A stretch of DNA of 64,000 nt, taken from assembly GCA_031400895.1 (NCBI GenBank), contig JANNQT010000176.1, forward strand, positions 3-64,002, given 5' to 3'. The position numbers and the translations under genes are program-made. The stretch is from Alphaproteobacteria bacterium. GTDB taxonomy: Bacteria > Pseudomonadota > Alphaproteobacteria > Caulobacterales > Aquidulcibacteraceae. Below are positions 54,149-64,000 of the stretch, piece by piece (the first letter of the stretch is position 1; the number at the start of each line of letters is the position of its first letter). A model generated the notes under the pieces. It ran no database searches. It had not been told where the DNA came from and worked only from the letters and a program-made list of their open reading frames with translations.

Positions 54149-54312
54149 AGCGTCTGGCCTTAAATGCGACTCACGGCCTGGATCGATCTGGTTGTCGCAT
54201 TTAAGGCCAAGAAGACGCTTTAGATTCAAAAGTTTCTAAAGCAACTTTGGGACTTTAAATTCGCTCCGCGATCGCCATCAAACTGAGGCGAATTTAAAGT
54301 CCGTTGCTTTAG
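54145..54312. repeat. CIR-like double inverted-repeat element with central GANTC
   Basis: Two hairpins each bounded by CTAAAGC...GCTTTAG (54145-54223 and 54236-54312), GATTC at 54223; ends overlap the stop codons of both convergent genes. Confidence 0.75.
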
Positions 54313-54896
54313 GCGGCCGCCGTCGCGCTCGCAAAGATCGCTTCAGCTTCCGCCGCGAACGCGCCGTAATAATGCTCGCTCGGGGCCAGGAACAGCATCA
54401 AATTGAGCTTGTCGCCCGCGCGCGCGACCAGACCAGTGCCGCTCAAATTGAGCCCTTCTTTTGTGTTGGCGCTGATCTCAAACCGCACACCCGCGGCGCC
54501 GGCAAGCGTTTGCGGGCGTAGCCCGGTGGAGCTGGGCTCCTGGTAATTGGCCGCTAAGCTGTCGATCACGAACTCCACCAATTCGCTGTCGCTCATATCG
54601 GCGCGATAGACGACGGCGGGAGTGTCGCGGTCGGCCGGACGCACCAGCGGCGCTCCCGGCGCGATAGAAGCGAGAATGAGCTGGTTCAGCCCGACGCCAT
54701 CCACGGTCAAGAGCCGCACCCCTTGCGGGCGCGGCATCATCATCGCGGACACGTCCGACCAGGGGCGCGTCAGCGTCACCTGGAAGGCGCGCGCGGCCTT
54801 GTAGGGGCCAGCCGGGGCGAGGGTGACGCCCGCGCAGCCTGTGAGCAGGGCCGCGCCGGCCGCGGCGACGAATAGGTTGCGCCTGGTGATGTTCAT
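54309..54896 (-). CDS. Hypothetical lipoprotein (Tat-like signal)
   Basis: MNITRRNLF...LLTGC; ATGA overlap with the M48 gene. Confidence 0.75.
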   Translation of the reverse strand: MNITRRNLFVAAAGAALLTGCAGVTLAPAGPYKAARAFQVTLTRPWSDVSAMMMPRPQGVRLLTVDGVGLNQLILASIAPGAPLVRPADRDTPAVVYRADMSDSELVEFVIDSLAANYQEPSSTGLRPQTLAGAAGVRFEISANTKEGLNLSGTGLVARAGDKLNLMLFLAPSEHYYGAFAAEAEAIFASATAAA

Positions 54897-56146
54897 TGTC
54901 CCCCTCCATTCAATTGCGCGATGCGCGCTTCAATCAGGGCGCGGTCTTGCGCGTTGGGCGCCCGTTCAAGATAGGTTGTGAAATGAGCCGCGGCTTCGGC
55001 GTTGCGCTGGTCGCGGGCGGCGTATTCGCCGAGCTCGCGCCACGCCGCCGCCGGTGCGTCGGACTGGGCGATGGAATTGGTGTAGTGCTGCACCGCTCGG
55101 GCGCGGTCGCCCTGGCCGCGGCGGATACGGTTGATCTCGCCGCGATAAAATTCAACCAGGCCTACGTCCTCGCCATGGGCCGCGAGCCGGTCGAGCACCA
55201 GCAGCGTCTGACTGTAATCGCGGCGGCGCAGTTCGGAGCGCAGCCAGGAATCCAGAAACGGCCGGATCATCGCTCGATAGCGCGTGCGCTGGGTTTCGCC
55301 GGCGCTCGCCTGCGCCGCACGCGCGGCCAGCCTCTCGACCCGGTCCGCCGAGATGGGGTGGGTGCGGAAAATGCTGGCGCGGGTTTCCGAGCGGCGCACG
55401 TCGGGATCGTCGGAGGCTTTTGTCTCCGCCACCAGATTCGCCCACAAATTCTCGCCGGCGTGCGGGTCGTAGCCCGCGCCCACGGCGTGATCGAAGCCGA
55501 TGGTGTCGGCGTCGCTTTCGTTCTCGCGCGAGAATCCGAATACCGAAGCGATGGTGCCGAGATAGACGATGTTGCCCACCACCGGCACGCCTGCCGCCGA
55601 AGCGATGATCGAAAACACCGCCGCCGCCGTCGAGCGGTCACGGATGGTGCGCTGCATGGCCAGCGAGTGGCGCTCGCCATAATGGCCAATCTCGTGGCCG
55701 AGCACGAACGCCAATTGGGCCTCGTCCTCGGCGCGCAGCAGCAGCCCCGACCACACTTCCATATAGCCGTTCGGGGCCATGGAAGCGTTGAAATAGGGGC
55801 GGTTCATCACGTAGAGGCGGATGTCGCCGCAATAGGGGCCAGCAACACGGCATGCTACTTCGCTGAGATAGGCGTTGAGCGCGGGATCGCGCTCCAATTG
55901 GCCGGAAGCGCTCGCGTCTCGCTCGGCGCGGTCGGACATTCCCCATAGCCCGCCTTCGTCGCTGGTGACATCCGGGCGCGCGCGCGACGGTGCGAGCGAG
56001 GGCGGTGGAATTGGCGGTGGTTGGGGATCGGCGATTGTGACGGGCTGGGCGACCGCGTCCGAGACTTCCGCGGGCGCGGGTTCCTGCGCCGTCGCCGCCA
56101 ATGGCAGCGCCAACGCCAGCAGCAGGGCCGCAGAAGCGCGTTTCAC
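54893..56146 (-). CDS. M48-family metallopeptidase with C-terminal TPR (BepA-like)
   Basis: Signal peptide; FNASMAPNG, LAFVLGHEIGH, SRENESDAD, FRTHP; GTG start overlapping the upstream stop. Confidence 0.88.
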   Translation of the reverse strand: MKRASAALLLALALPLAATAQEPAPAEVSDAVAQPVTIADPQPPPIPPPSLAPSRARPDVTSDEGGLWGMSDRAERDASASGQLERDPALNAYLSEVACRVAGPYCGDIRLYVMNRPYFNASMAPNGYMEVWSGLLLRAEDEAQLAFVLGHEIGHYGERHSLAMQRTIRDRSTAAAVFSIIASAAGVPVVGNIVYLGTIASVFGFSRENESDADTIGFDHAVGAGYDPHAGENLWANLVAETKASDDPDVRRSETRASIFRTHPISADRVERLAARAAQASAGETQRTRYRAMIRPFLDSWLRSELRRRDYSQTLLVLDRLAAHGEDVGLVEFYRGEINRIRRGQGDRARAVQHYTNSIAQSDAPAAAWRELGEYAARDQRNAEAAAHFTTYLERAPNAQDRALIEARIAQLNGGGQ

Positions 56147-56820
56147 AGCGGCGCGCCGCGCATCATTGCGGTGACAAGCGACATGGCGCCATCGGCGTCG
56201 CGCATGTCCTGGCTGGGGGCGGCGATGACGAGGTTGAACCAGATGACGTTGCCGGTGCGCAAATCGACCAGCGAGGCGTAGGTCACCTGATTGCCCAGCG
56301 GGATGCCCACTCCGAGCACGGCCAGCCCGACCATCACCGCGACACGCCCCGCGCTCGCATAAGTGCCGTAGGCGCCGACGAACAGCGCGTAATCGGCGTT
56401 GTGAGCCGCGCCCAGTTCGCGCACCCCCTCGCCGAGCGTCCACTCGAAGCGGTCGCGCTGCGTCGGCAGCATTTGGCGTCCGATCAGCGCGCCGCCGACG
56501 GCGTCATGCAGGCGGATGATTTGACCGATACGCCCTTCCATGGCGGTGGAGGGGTCCAGCGCGCTCGGCGTATGGTTTTCGCTCTGCACAAAAGTGGCTA
56601 GGCTGGAGGCCAGATTGTCGCGTCCGGAGATCGACCAATCCTCGCGCGGCTCGGGCACGCCCGCCGCCGAAAGGATGGCCAATTGGACATTGGGCGTCAT
56701 CACCAGCACGCGTGAATTCGCCGGCGGCGCATCGTATTTGCCGGAGAAGGTGGCCGATTGCGTCACCGCGCACGCAGTCAGCAACACGAGCGCGCCTAGT
56801 GCGAAAATGCGTTTGAGCAT
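56143..56820 (-). CDS. Hypothetical lipoprotein
   Basis: LLTAC lipobox; [21 protein letters not shown]. Confidence 0.75.
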   Translation of the reverse strand: MLKRIFALGALVLLTACAVTQSATFSGKYDAPPANSRVLVMTPNVQLAILSAAGVPEPREDWSISGRDNLASSLATFVQSENHTPSALDPSTAMEGRIGQIIRLHDAVGGALIGRQMLPTQRDRFEWTLGEGVRELGAAHNADYALFVGAYGTYASAGRVAVMVGLAVLGVGIPLGNQVTYASLVDLRTGNVIWFNLVIAAPSQDMRDADGAMSLVTAMMRGAPL

Positions 56821-56955
56821 GTCACCCCCCTTGAGCCTCTTGGTTGCCCGACCTTAACGCGGCGTGAGCCGGTGTCCAGGGGTCCCAATCCGGCGCTTGC
56901 AATCGCGGGCGCTGACGTTACGACCCGGTGCTCCACCTTCTTTTTGAGGCGTTCC

Positions 56956-57840
<885 letters not shown>

Positions 57841-58140
57841 GGGATTTCGCAACAGGAGCAGCTGGCGGCGGCCATCGCGGCTAAGCGTTGGCGAATTTCG
57901 ACGCCGATCAAGCAGCGTCCTGACCGGAAATGACCTGCGCGCGTTTCTCCCGGCGCGCCGTTGACGCCGAGCCGCGTGATCGTCGCGGGAGGACGTGGCC
58001 GCCGAAATGGCCCAGCGCGACTCTCGGTAGCCCCCGCACCCCAGGCATGCGCGTCCCCGCCCTATTTTCCCGCCGCGAAGCACCTTAGAAGGACGCGCGC
58101 GCCTGTTGCGCTTGCGAACAGATCAGAGGTCAGCTCCCCC

Positions 58141-61113
58141 ATGGCCGATACCGCCCGCAGCCTGGCCAACCAGGCGCTCGCCGAGACCAGCTTCCTTTCC
58201 GGCGCCAACGCGACGTTCGTCGAGGAGATGGCGGCGCGCTACATGGCCGATCCGGGCGCGGTCGATCCGTCTTGGCGCGCGTATTTCGAGCAGGCGCCCG
58301 AGAGCCCGCAGGCGGTGCGCGCGGCGGTGGAGGGGCCGTCCTGGTACCGGCCGGAGCTGGCGCGGCCAAAGACCACCGAGACCACGCGGTTGCTGGATGG
58401 CGATTGGGACGGTCTGCGGCAATCGCTTGAACGCAAGGTCGCCGCGCGTCTGCCGGCGGCCTCGGGCCAGGACGTGCAGCAGGCGGCGCGCGACAGCGTG
58501 CGGGCGCTCATGCTGATCCGCGCTTACCGCACGCGTGGGCATCTGGCGGCGACGCTCGATCCGCTCGGCATCGAAGTGCGGCCGTTGCCGGCGGAACTCG
58601 ACCCCGCGTCACACGGCTTCGGCCCCGGCGATCTCGACCGTCCCATTTTCATCGACGGCGTGCTGGGGCTGGAGAGCGCCACCATCAACGAAATGCTGGC
58701 GGTCCTTCGCCGCACTTATTGCGCCAATGTCGGCGTCGAGTTCATGCACATCACCGATCCGGCCGAGAAGGCTTGGATTCAGGAGCGCATCGAAGGCCCC
58801 GACAAGGGCGTCTCGTTCACGCCCGAAGGCAAGCGCTCGATCCTGAAAAAGTTGATCGAAGGCGAGAGCTTCGAAAAATTCGTGCACAAGCGCCACCCGG
58901 GAACCAAGCGCTTCGGGCTCGACGGCGGCGAAGCGATGTTGCCGGCGCTGGAGCAGATCATCAAGCGCGGCGGCGCGCTCGGGGTTGAGGAGATCATCCT
59001 CGGTATGGCCCATCGCGGGCGGCTTAACGTGCTGGCGGCGGTGATGGGCAAGCCGTACCGCGCCATTTTCCATGAATTCTCCGGCGGATCGACCCAGTCC
59101 GATGACGTGCAGGGCTCGGGCGACGTGAAATACCATCTCGGCGCATCCTCCGACCGCGCCTTCGACGGCAACAATGTGCATCTCTCGCTAACCGCCAATC
59201 CCAGCCACCTGGAAATCGTCAACCCCGTCGTGCTCGGCAAGGCGCGCGCCAAGCAGGCGAAGCACGCGACTTGGAGCGAGGACGCGCAGGGCCTGCACGA
59301 TCTGCGCGCGAAGGTGATGCCGTTGCTGATCCATGGCGACGCCGCGTTCGCGGGGCAGGGCGTGGTGGCCGAGTGCTTCGCGCTCTCGGGGCTGCGCGGT
59401 TATCGCACCGGCGGCACCATGCATTTCATCATCAACAACCAGATCGGCTTCACCACCGCGCCGCACTTCTCGCGCTCCAGCCCGTACCCCAGTGATGTCG
59501 CGCTGATGGTGCAGGCGCCGATCTTCCACGTGAACGGCGATGACCCTGAGTCTGTTGTGTACGCGGCCAAGGTGGCGACCGAATATCGCCAGCTGTTCGG
59601 CAAGGACGTGGTCATCGACATGTTCTGCTATCGCCGCTTCGGCCACAACGAAGGCGATGACCCGACCATGACGCAGCCGATCATGTATCGGCGCATCAAG
59701 GATCAACCGAGCGCGCTTTCGATCTATGCCGAGCGCCTGGTGCAGGGCGGCGTGGCGACACAAACGGAAGTCGATGGCTGGAACGCCGAATTCAGCGTTT
59801 TCCTGGACAAGGAATTCGAATCCGGCCGCGATTACCGCGTCAACAAGGCCGATTGGCTGGACGGGGTGTGGTCGGGCTTTGTGCTGCCCGAGGACGACGA
59901 CCGCCGCGGCAAGACCGAGGCGGCGGGCGACAGGCTGCGCGCGCTCGGCCGGCGCGTCACCGAATTGCCGCGCGACTTCGACATGCACAAGACCGTGCAG
60001 CGTGTGATCGAAACCCGGCGCAAGGCGATCGAGGAGGGCCATGGCGTCGATTGGGCGCTGGCTGAGCATCTGGCGTTCGCAACGTTGCTCGACGAAGGCT
60101 TCAACGTGCGTCTCTCGGGTCAGGATTCCTGCCGCGGCACGTTTAGCCAGCGCCATTCGCACTTCATCGATCAAACGACAGAGGCGCGCTACACACCGCT
60201 CAACAATCTCGGCCCCGGCCAGGCGCATTACGAAGTGATCGACTCGCTTTTATCGGAGGAAGCTGTGCTCGGCTTCGAGTATGGCTACACACTGGCGGAG
60301 CCGAAAACGCTGACGCTGTGGGAAGCGCAATTCGGTGATTTCGTGAACGGCGCGCAGGTGGTGATCGACCAATTTATCTCTTCCGGCGAGCGCAAATGGC
60401 TGCGCATGTCGGGCTTGGTGATGCTGTTGCCGCACGGCTACGAAGGGCAGGGGCCCGAGCATTCCTCGGCCCGGGTCGAGCGCTTTCTGCAGCAATGCGC
60501 CGAGGACAATATGCAGGTGGTCAATTGCACCACGCCAGCCAATTATTTCCACGCCCTGCGCCGGCAGCTGCACCGCGAATTCCGCAAGCCGCTGATCGTT
60601 TTCACGCCAAAATCGCTGCTCCGGCACAAGAAATGCGTCTCGACGCTGGCGGAAATGGCGGAGGGCTCCTCGTTCCACCGCGTGCTCTGGGACGATGCGC
60701 AGACGCAAAACGGCAATACCGCGATCAAGCTGAAGCCAGACGCGGAAATCCGCCGCGTGGTCATGAGCGCCGGCAAGGTCTATTATGACCTGCTCGATGA
60801 GCGCGAGAAGCGCGGGCGCGGCGATGTCTATCTGCTGCGGCTGGAGCAATTCTATCCCTGGCCGATGAAATCGGTGATGACCGAGCTGGCGCGGTTTCCC
60901 AATGCGGAACTGGTCTGGTGCCAGGAAGAACCGAAGAACATGGGCGGTTGGAGCTTCGCCGATCCATGGCTGGAGCTGACGCTGGAGAAAATTCACATCA
61001 GCGCCAAGCGCGCGCGCTATGCCGGCCGCCCGGCGACGGCATCGACCGCGGCGGGGCAGATGAGCAAGCATGTGAAAGAATTGGAGCGGCTTCTCAACGA
61101 AGCCATGGATTAG
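58141..61113 (+). CDS. sucA: 2-oxoglutarate dehydrogenase E1
   Basis: SFLSGAN, GMAHRGRLN, HGDAAFAGQG, WEAQFGDF, LPHGYEGQGPEHSS. Confidence 0.98.
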   Translation: MADTARSLANQALAETSFLSGANATFVEEMAARYMADPGAVDPSWRAYFEQAPESPQAVRAAVEGPSWYRPELARPKTTETTRLLDGDWDGLRQSLERKVAARLPAASGQDVQQAARDSVRALMLIRAYRTRGHLAATLDPLGIEVRPLPAELDPASHGFGPGDLDRPIFIDGVLGLESATINEMLAVLRRTYCANVGVEFMHITDPAEKAWIQERIEGPDKGVSFTPEGKRSILKKLIEGESFEKFVHKRHPGTKRFGLDGGEAMLPALEQIIKRGGALGVEEIILGMAHRGRLNVLAAVMGKPYRAIFHEFSGGSTQSDDVQGSGDVKYHLGASSDRAFDGNNVHLSLTANPSHLEIVNPVVLGKARAKQAKHATWSEDAQGLHDLRAKVMPLLIHGDAAFAGQGVVAECFALSGLRGYRTGGTMHFIINNQIGFTTAPHFSRSSPYPSDVALMVQAPIFHVNGDDPESVVYAAKVATEYRQLFGKDVVIDMFCYRRFGHNEGDDPTMTQPIMYRRIKDQPSALSIYAERLVQGGVATQTEVDGWNAEFSVFLDKEFESGRDYRVNKADWLDGVWSGFVLPEDDDRRGKTEAAGDRLRALGRRVTELPRDFDMHKTVQRVIETRRKAIEEGHGVDWALAEHLAFATLLDEGFNVRLSGQDSCRGTFSQRHSHFIDQTTEARYTPLNNLGPGQAHYEVIDSLLSEEAVLGFEYGYTLAEPKTLTLWEAQFGDFVNGAQVVIDQFISSGERKWLRMSGLVMLLPHGYEGQGPEHSSARVERFLQQCAEDNMQVVNCTTPANYFHALRRQLHREFRKPLIVFTPKSLLRHKKCVSTLAEMAEGSSFHRVLWDDAQTQNGNTAIKLKPDAEIRRVVMSAGKVYYDLLDEREKRGRGDVYLLRLEQFYPWPMKSVMTELARFPNAELVWCQEEPKNMGGWSFADPWLELTLEKIHISAKRARYAGRPATASTAAGQMSKHVKELERLLNEAMD

Positions 61114-61241
61114 TCCGTCATTCCGGACGCGCGAAGCGCGATCCGGAACCCTAGGGATCGGAACCCAGGGGATCGTAGAGCGCGGTGCTTGAGGCCCCTG
61201 GGTTCAGGGCTCTCGACTTCGCCGAGCCCCGGAATGACGGA
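61114..61241. repeat. 128-bp CGTC-type REP-like palindromic element between sucA and sucB
   Basis: 13-bp terminal IR TCCGTCATTCCGG/CCGGAATGACGGA, internal hairpins, short internal tandem duplication. Confidence 0.85.
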
Positions 61242-61287
61242 GTAAGAGGTGTGCAAATACAGTGCGCGATAGCGCAACGGAGCAGAG

Positions 61288-62469
61288 ATGACAGACATCG
61301 TAGTGCCAGCCCTCGGCGAAAGCGTCAGCGAAGCCACCGTCGCCAAATGGCTGAAAAAGTCCGGCGATAATGTGCGCAAGGACGAGACGCTGGTGGAACT
61401 GGAGACCGACAAGGTCTCGGTCGAGGTCTCCGCGCCGGAAGCGGGCGTGCTGACCGATATCGTTGCCGGCGAAGGTGACACCGTGCTGATCGGCGCATTG
61501 CTCGGGCGCATGGGCGGCATGGGTGCGCAAGCCGCGCCACAGGCCGTCGCCGCGCCTAAGCCCGCGCCGCCGCCGCCGTCAAACGGCGCCGCCAAGCAAG
61601 CCCCGCCTTCGGTGCAACGCATCGCCGCCGAAAGTGGCATCGACGTTTCCGTCATGTCCGGCGCCGGCAGGGACGGGCGGCTCACCAAGTCCGACGCGCT
61701 CGCCATTATCGAGCAACGCGCCACCGCGCCGGTGGCCAAGCCGCCAATCGCGCCCCCGCGCGTGCTCGGGCCGCGCGAGGAGCGGGTGAAAATGACGCGC
61801 ATGCGCACCACCATCGCCCGGCGGCTGAAGGAAGCCCAGAACAACGCCGCTATGCTCACCACCTTCAACGAAGCCGACATGTCGGCTGTGATGGCGGCGC
61901 GCGGCAAGTACAAGGACACGTTCGAGAAGAAGCACGGAGTGAAGCTCGGCTTCATGAGCTTCTTCGTGAAGGCGTGCATCGCCGCGTTGAAGGAAATTCC
62001 CAACGTCAATGCCGAAATCGACGGCGAGGACATCATCTACAAGAATTTCTACGATATCGGCATCGCCGTCGGCACCGATCGCGGCCTCGTGGTGCCGGTG
62101 GTGCGCGATTCCGATCACAAGAGCATGGCCGATATCGAACGCGAGATTGCCGAGCTCGGCCTCAAGGCGCGCGATGGCCATCTGAAGATCGAGGATTTGC
62201 AGGGCGCGACCTTCACCATCTCCAATGGCGGCATTTACGGCTCGCTGATGTCCACACCGATCCTCAACGCCCCGCAATCCGGCATCCTCGGCATGCACAA
62301 GATCCAGGAGCGCCCGATCGTGGTCGACAAGCAGATCGTGATCCGGCCGATGATGTACCTCGCGCTCAGCTACGATCACCGCATCGTCGACGGCAAGGAA
62401 GCCGTGACCTTCCTGGTGCGGGTGAAAGAAGGGCTGGAGGATCCCGAGCGGATGCTGCTGGATCTTTAG
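61288..62469 (+). CDS. sucB: 2-oxoglutarate dehydrogenase E2 (dihydrolipoyl succinyltransferase)
   Basis: Lipoyl [25 protein letters not shown]. Confidence 0.98.
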   Translation: MTDIVVPALGESVSEATVAKWLKKSGDNVRKDETLVELETDKVSVEVSAPEAGVLTDIVAGEGDTVLIGALLGRMGGMGAQAAPQAVAAPKPAPPPPSNGAAKQAPPSVQRIAAESGIDVSVMSGAGRDGRLTKSDALAIIEQRATAPVAKPPIAPPRVLGPREERVKMTRMRTTIARRLKEAQNNAAMLTTFNEADMSAVMAARGKYKDTFEKKHGVKLGFMSFFVKACIAALKEIPNVNAEIDGEDIIYKNFYDIGIAVGTDRGLVVPVVRDSDHKSMADIEREIAELGLKARDGHLKIEDLQGATFTISNGGIYGSLMSTPILNAPQSGILGMHKIQERPIVVDKQIVIRPMMYLALSYDHRIVDGKEAVTFLVRVKEGLEDPERMLLDL

Positions 62470-62837
62470 CGCTTCTGCTCCTTGTGCAGCACCGTAAGCG
62501 CAAGACCGGCGAGCGCGATGAACGGCAGTGCGGCGAACAGCCAAGCGGTCCATGACGGATCGAAGACGACGTAATAGCTATCGTGGAGCGTCGGGCTCGG
62601 CGGCGCCAGCGTCGAATAGGACTGCAGCAAGACGCCCGCCGCCAACCCCCACGCGCCAGAGAGCAGCCGCAGCCCCCCGGACATCTGCCTCAGCGTGCGC
62701 AGGCTGCCCAGGAGCAAGAGCACGGCGGTCCCGGCCACGAGCCAGGGCGTCAGGCCCCAGCCAAATTGCAAGGCCGCAAGCGCCGCAAAGAGAAGCCCGA
62801 AGGCCGCCGCACCCCAGGCGCTGATTTTTCCCATCAT
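62466..62837 (-). CDS. Hypothetical membrane protein
   Basis: Hydrophobic 123-aa ORF containing LHDSYYVV; start inferred. Confidence 0.5.
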   Translation of the reverse strand: MMGKISAWGAAAFGLLFAALAALQFGWGLTPWLVAGTAVLLLLGSLRTLRQMSGGLRLLSGAWGLAAGVLLQSYSTLAPPSPTLHDSYYVVFDPSWTAWLFAALPFIALAGLALTVLHKEQKR

Positions 62838-63206
62838 TCCGTGTTGCCCCCAAATGGTGCGAGGCCTAGCTGCCCCCGGCCCAGGCGAAAAGGGCTGACG
62901 CTGCCGCCGGAGCTTGTGTAAGCTCCGCTCTGGCCGTCCGGTGCCGCGATTGCCGTGCAATCGCTCCCGGTTCACGGGACCGCGCTGAACCTCTCCCAAA
63001 GGAGGGAGTGGCAGTCCGAGTGGCGCTGGCGGTTGTCGTTGGGAGCCCCGGCGCGCTGCAGGGCGGGCACCCGCGCGCTCCGTTGGGAGAATGGGCGCTA
63101 ACCTGCCGAAATTTCGAAACACTCTTCAAGAGGGCTGACTCCGCGCCCTATCCGCGTGTAGGGTCCATCGGTCGCCCTGGGGAGGGCGGTGAAGAGGGAC
63201 GGGACG

Positions 63207-63695
63207 ATGACAACTTTATTGCGACTGTTGGCGATCCTGGCGCTGCTGGCGGTGGCGCTGCTGGTTTTGGCCGCCGCCTTCGCGGTGACGGTAAATCTGG
63301 CCCAATTGCCGATCGATCTGGACGCGGTGCTCGGCGACGAGAAGCTGGAGGTCGTGGCCGGGATAGGCTGGCTGGAGGCGGCGCTGTGGGGGGCAGGGGG
63401 GCTGTTCTTCCTGATCGCCGCCATTCGCCTCATGCGCCGCACGCAGGGCTGGTTCCTCTGGCTTTGCGGCTTTGCCTGCCTGGCCGGGCGTTGGGTGCTG
63501 TCGCAGGGCGGGCCTGATGCCTCGCTGGCCGTGGTTCGCAAGATCGATCCCGGCTTGTACCTCCAGCCTGCCGCCTTGGACATTTACGGATCGGAAGTGC
63601 AAGTGGGGCGCTTCGGCGTATTGCTGCTGCTCGGCCTGATCGTGCTGATCGTGGACATCGCCGACCGCTCGCACTGGAAGCGCCAGGAGGGCTAA
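63207..63695 (+). CDS. Hypothetical membrane protein
   Basis: Four hydrophobic segments; GAGGGA upstream. Confidence 0.6.
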   Translation: MTTLLRLLAILALLAVALLVLAAAFAVTVNLAQLPIDLDAVLGDEKLEVVAGIGWLEAALWGAGGLFFLIAAIRLMRRTQGWFLWLCGFACLAGRWVLSQGGPDASLAVVRKIDPGLYLQPAALDIYGSEVQVGRFGVLLLLGLIVLIVDIADRSHWKRQEG

Positions 63696-63733
63696 GCGCC
63701 CGAGTTGCCGGCAAGGGCGCTGACGGTCCATAA

Positions 63734-64000
<267 letters not shown>

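Noticed and set aside
57841-58140. 60-aa N-terminal extension of sucA or a hidden gene in the sucD-sucA spacer
   Set aside because: SucA homology starts at 58141; I could not support any ORF or RNA structure here. Similar upstream extensions of sucD, mnmG, rho, hemH and parA were also trimmed.
62960-63085. CCTCTCCC...GGAGGGAG and GGAGC...GCTCC palindromic traces
   Set aside because: Possibly decayed REP-like repeats, but too short and degenerate to call.

Overview
GC-rich alphaproteobacterial chromosome segment. Gene order and content resemble Caulobacterales/Hyphomonadaceae (inference). The window spans the probable replication origin and centromere: dnaK-dnaJ-dapB, nth, hslVU, timA/secB, dnaQ-coaE-aroE-maf-PSRP | oriC | hemE-hemH-hemJ-rho, mnmE-mnmG-rsmG-parAB with three parS-like sites, holA-lptE-leuS, ntrZ-like, yggS-cenR-like, GTP-type PEP carboxykinase, xth-lolA, cnoX cluster, tRNA-Gly(GCC), and sucC...sucD-sucA-sucB...lpdA interrupted by accessory genes. 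Features most worth a second look: (1) related ~130-bp palindromic elements inserted in frame in both mnmE and mnmG, with intergenic relatives; (2) an unannotated ~160-nt sRNA between lolA and xth with four UCCCC-loop hairpins, its own promoter and a terminator; (3) a CIR-like double hairpin with a central GANTC; (4) a 6.4-kb accessory patch splitting sucC from sucD, holding a TA pair, disrupted genes and a lipoprotein-M48-lipoprotein operon; (5) a quinone oxidoreductase remnant reduced to the codons around a parS site. No CRISPR array, rRNA, integrase or transposase was seen. Family assignments come from motif recognition and remembered synteny, not from database searches.
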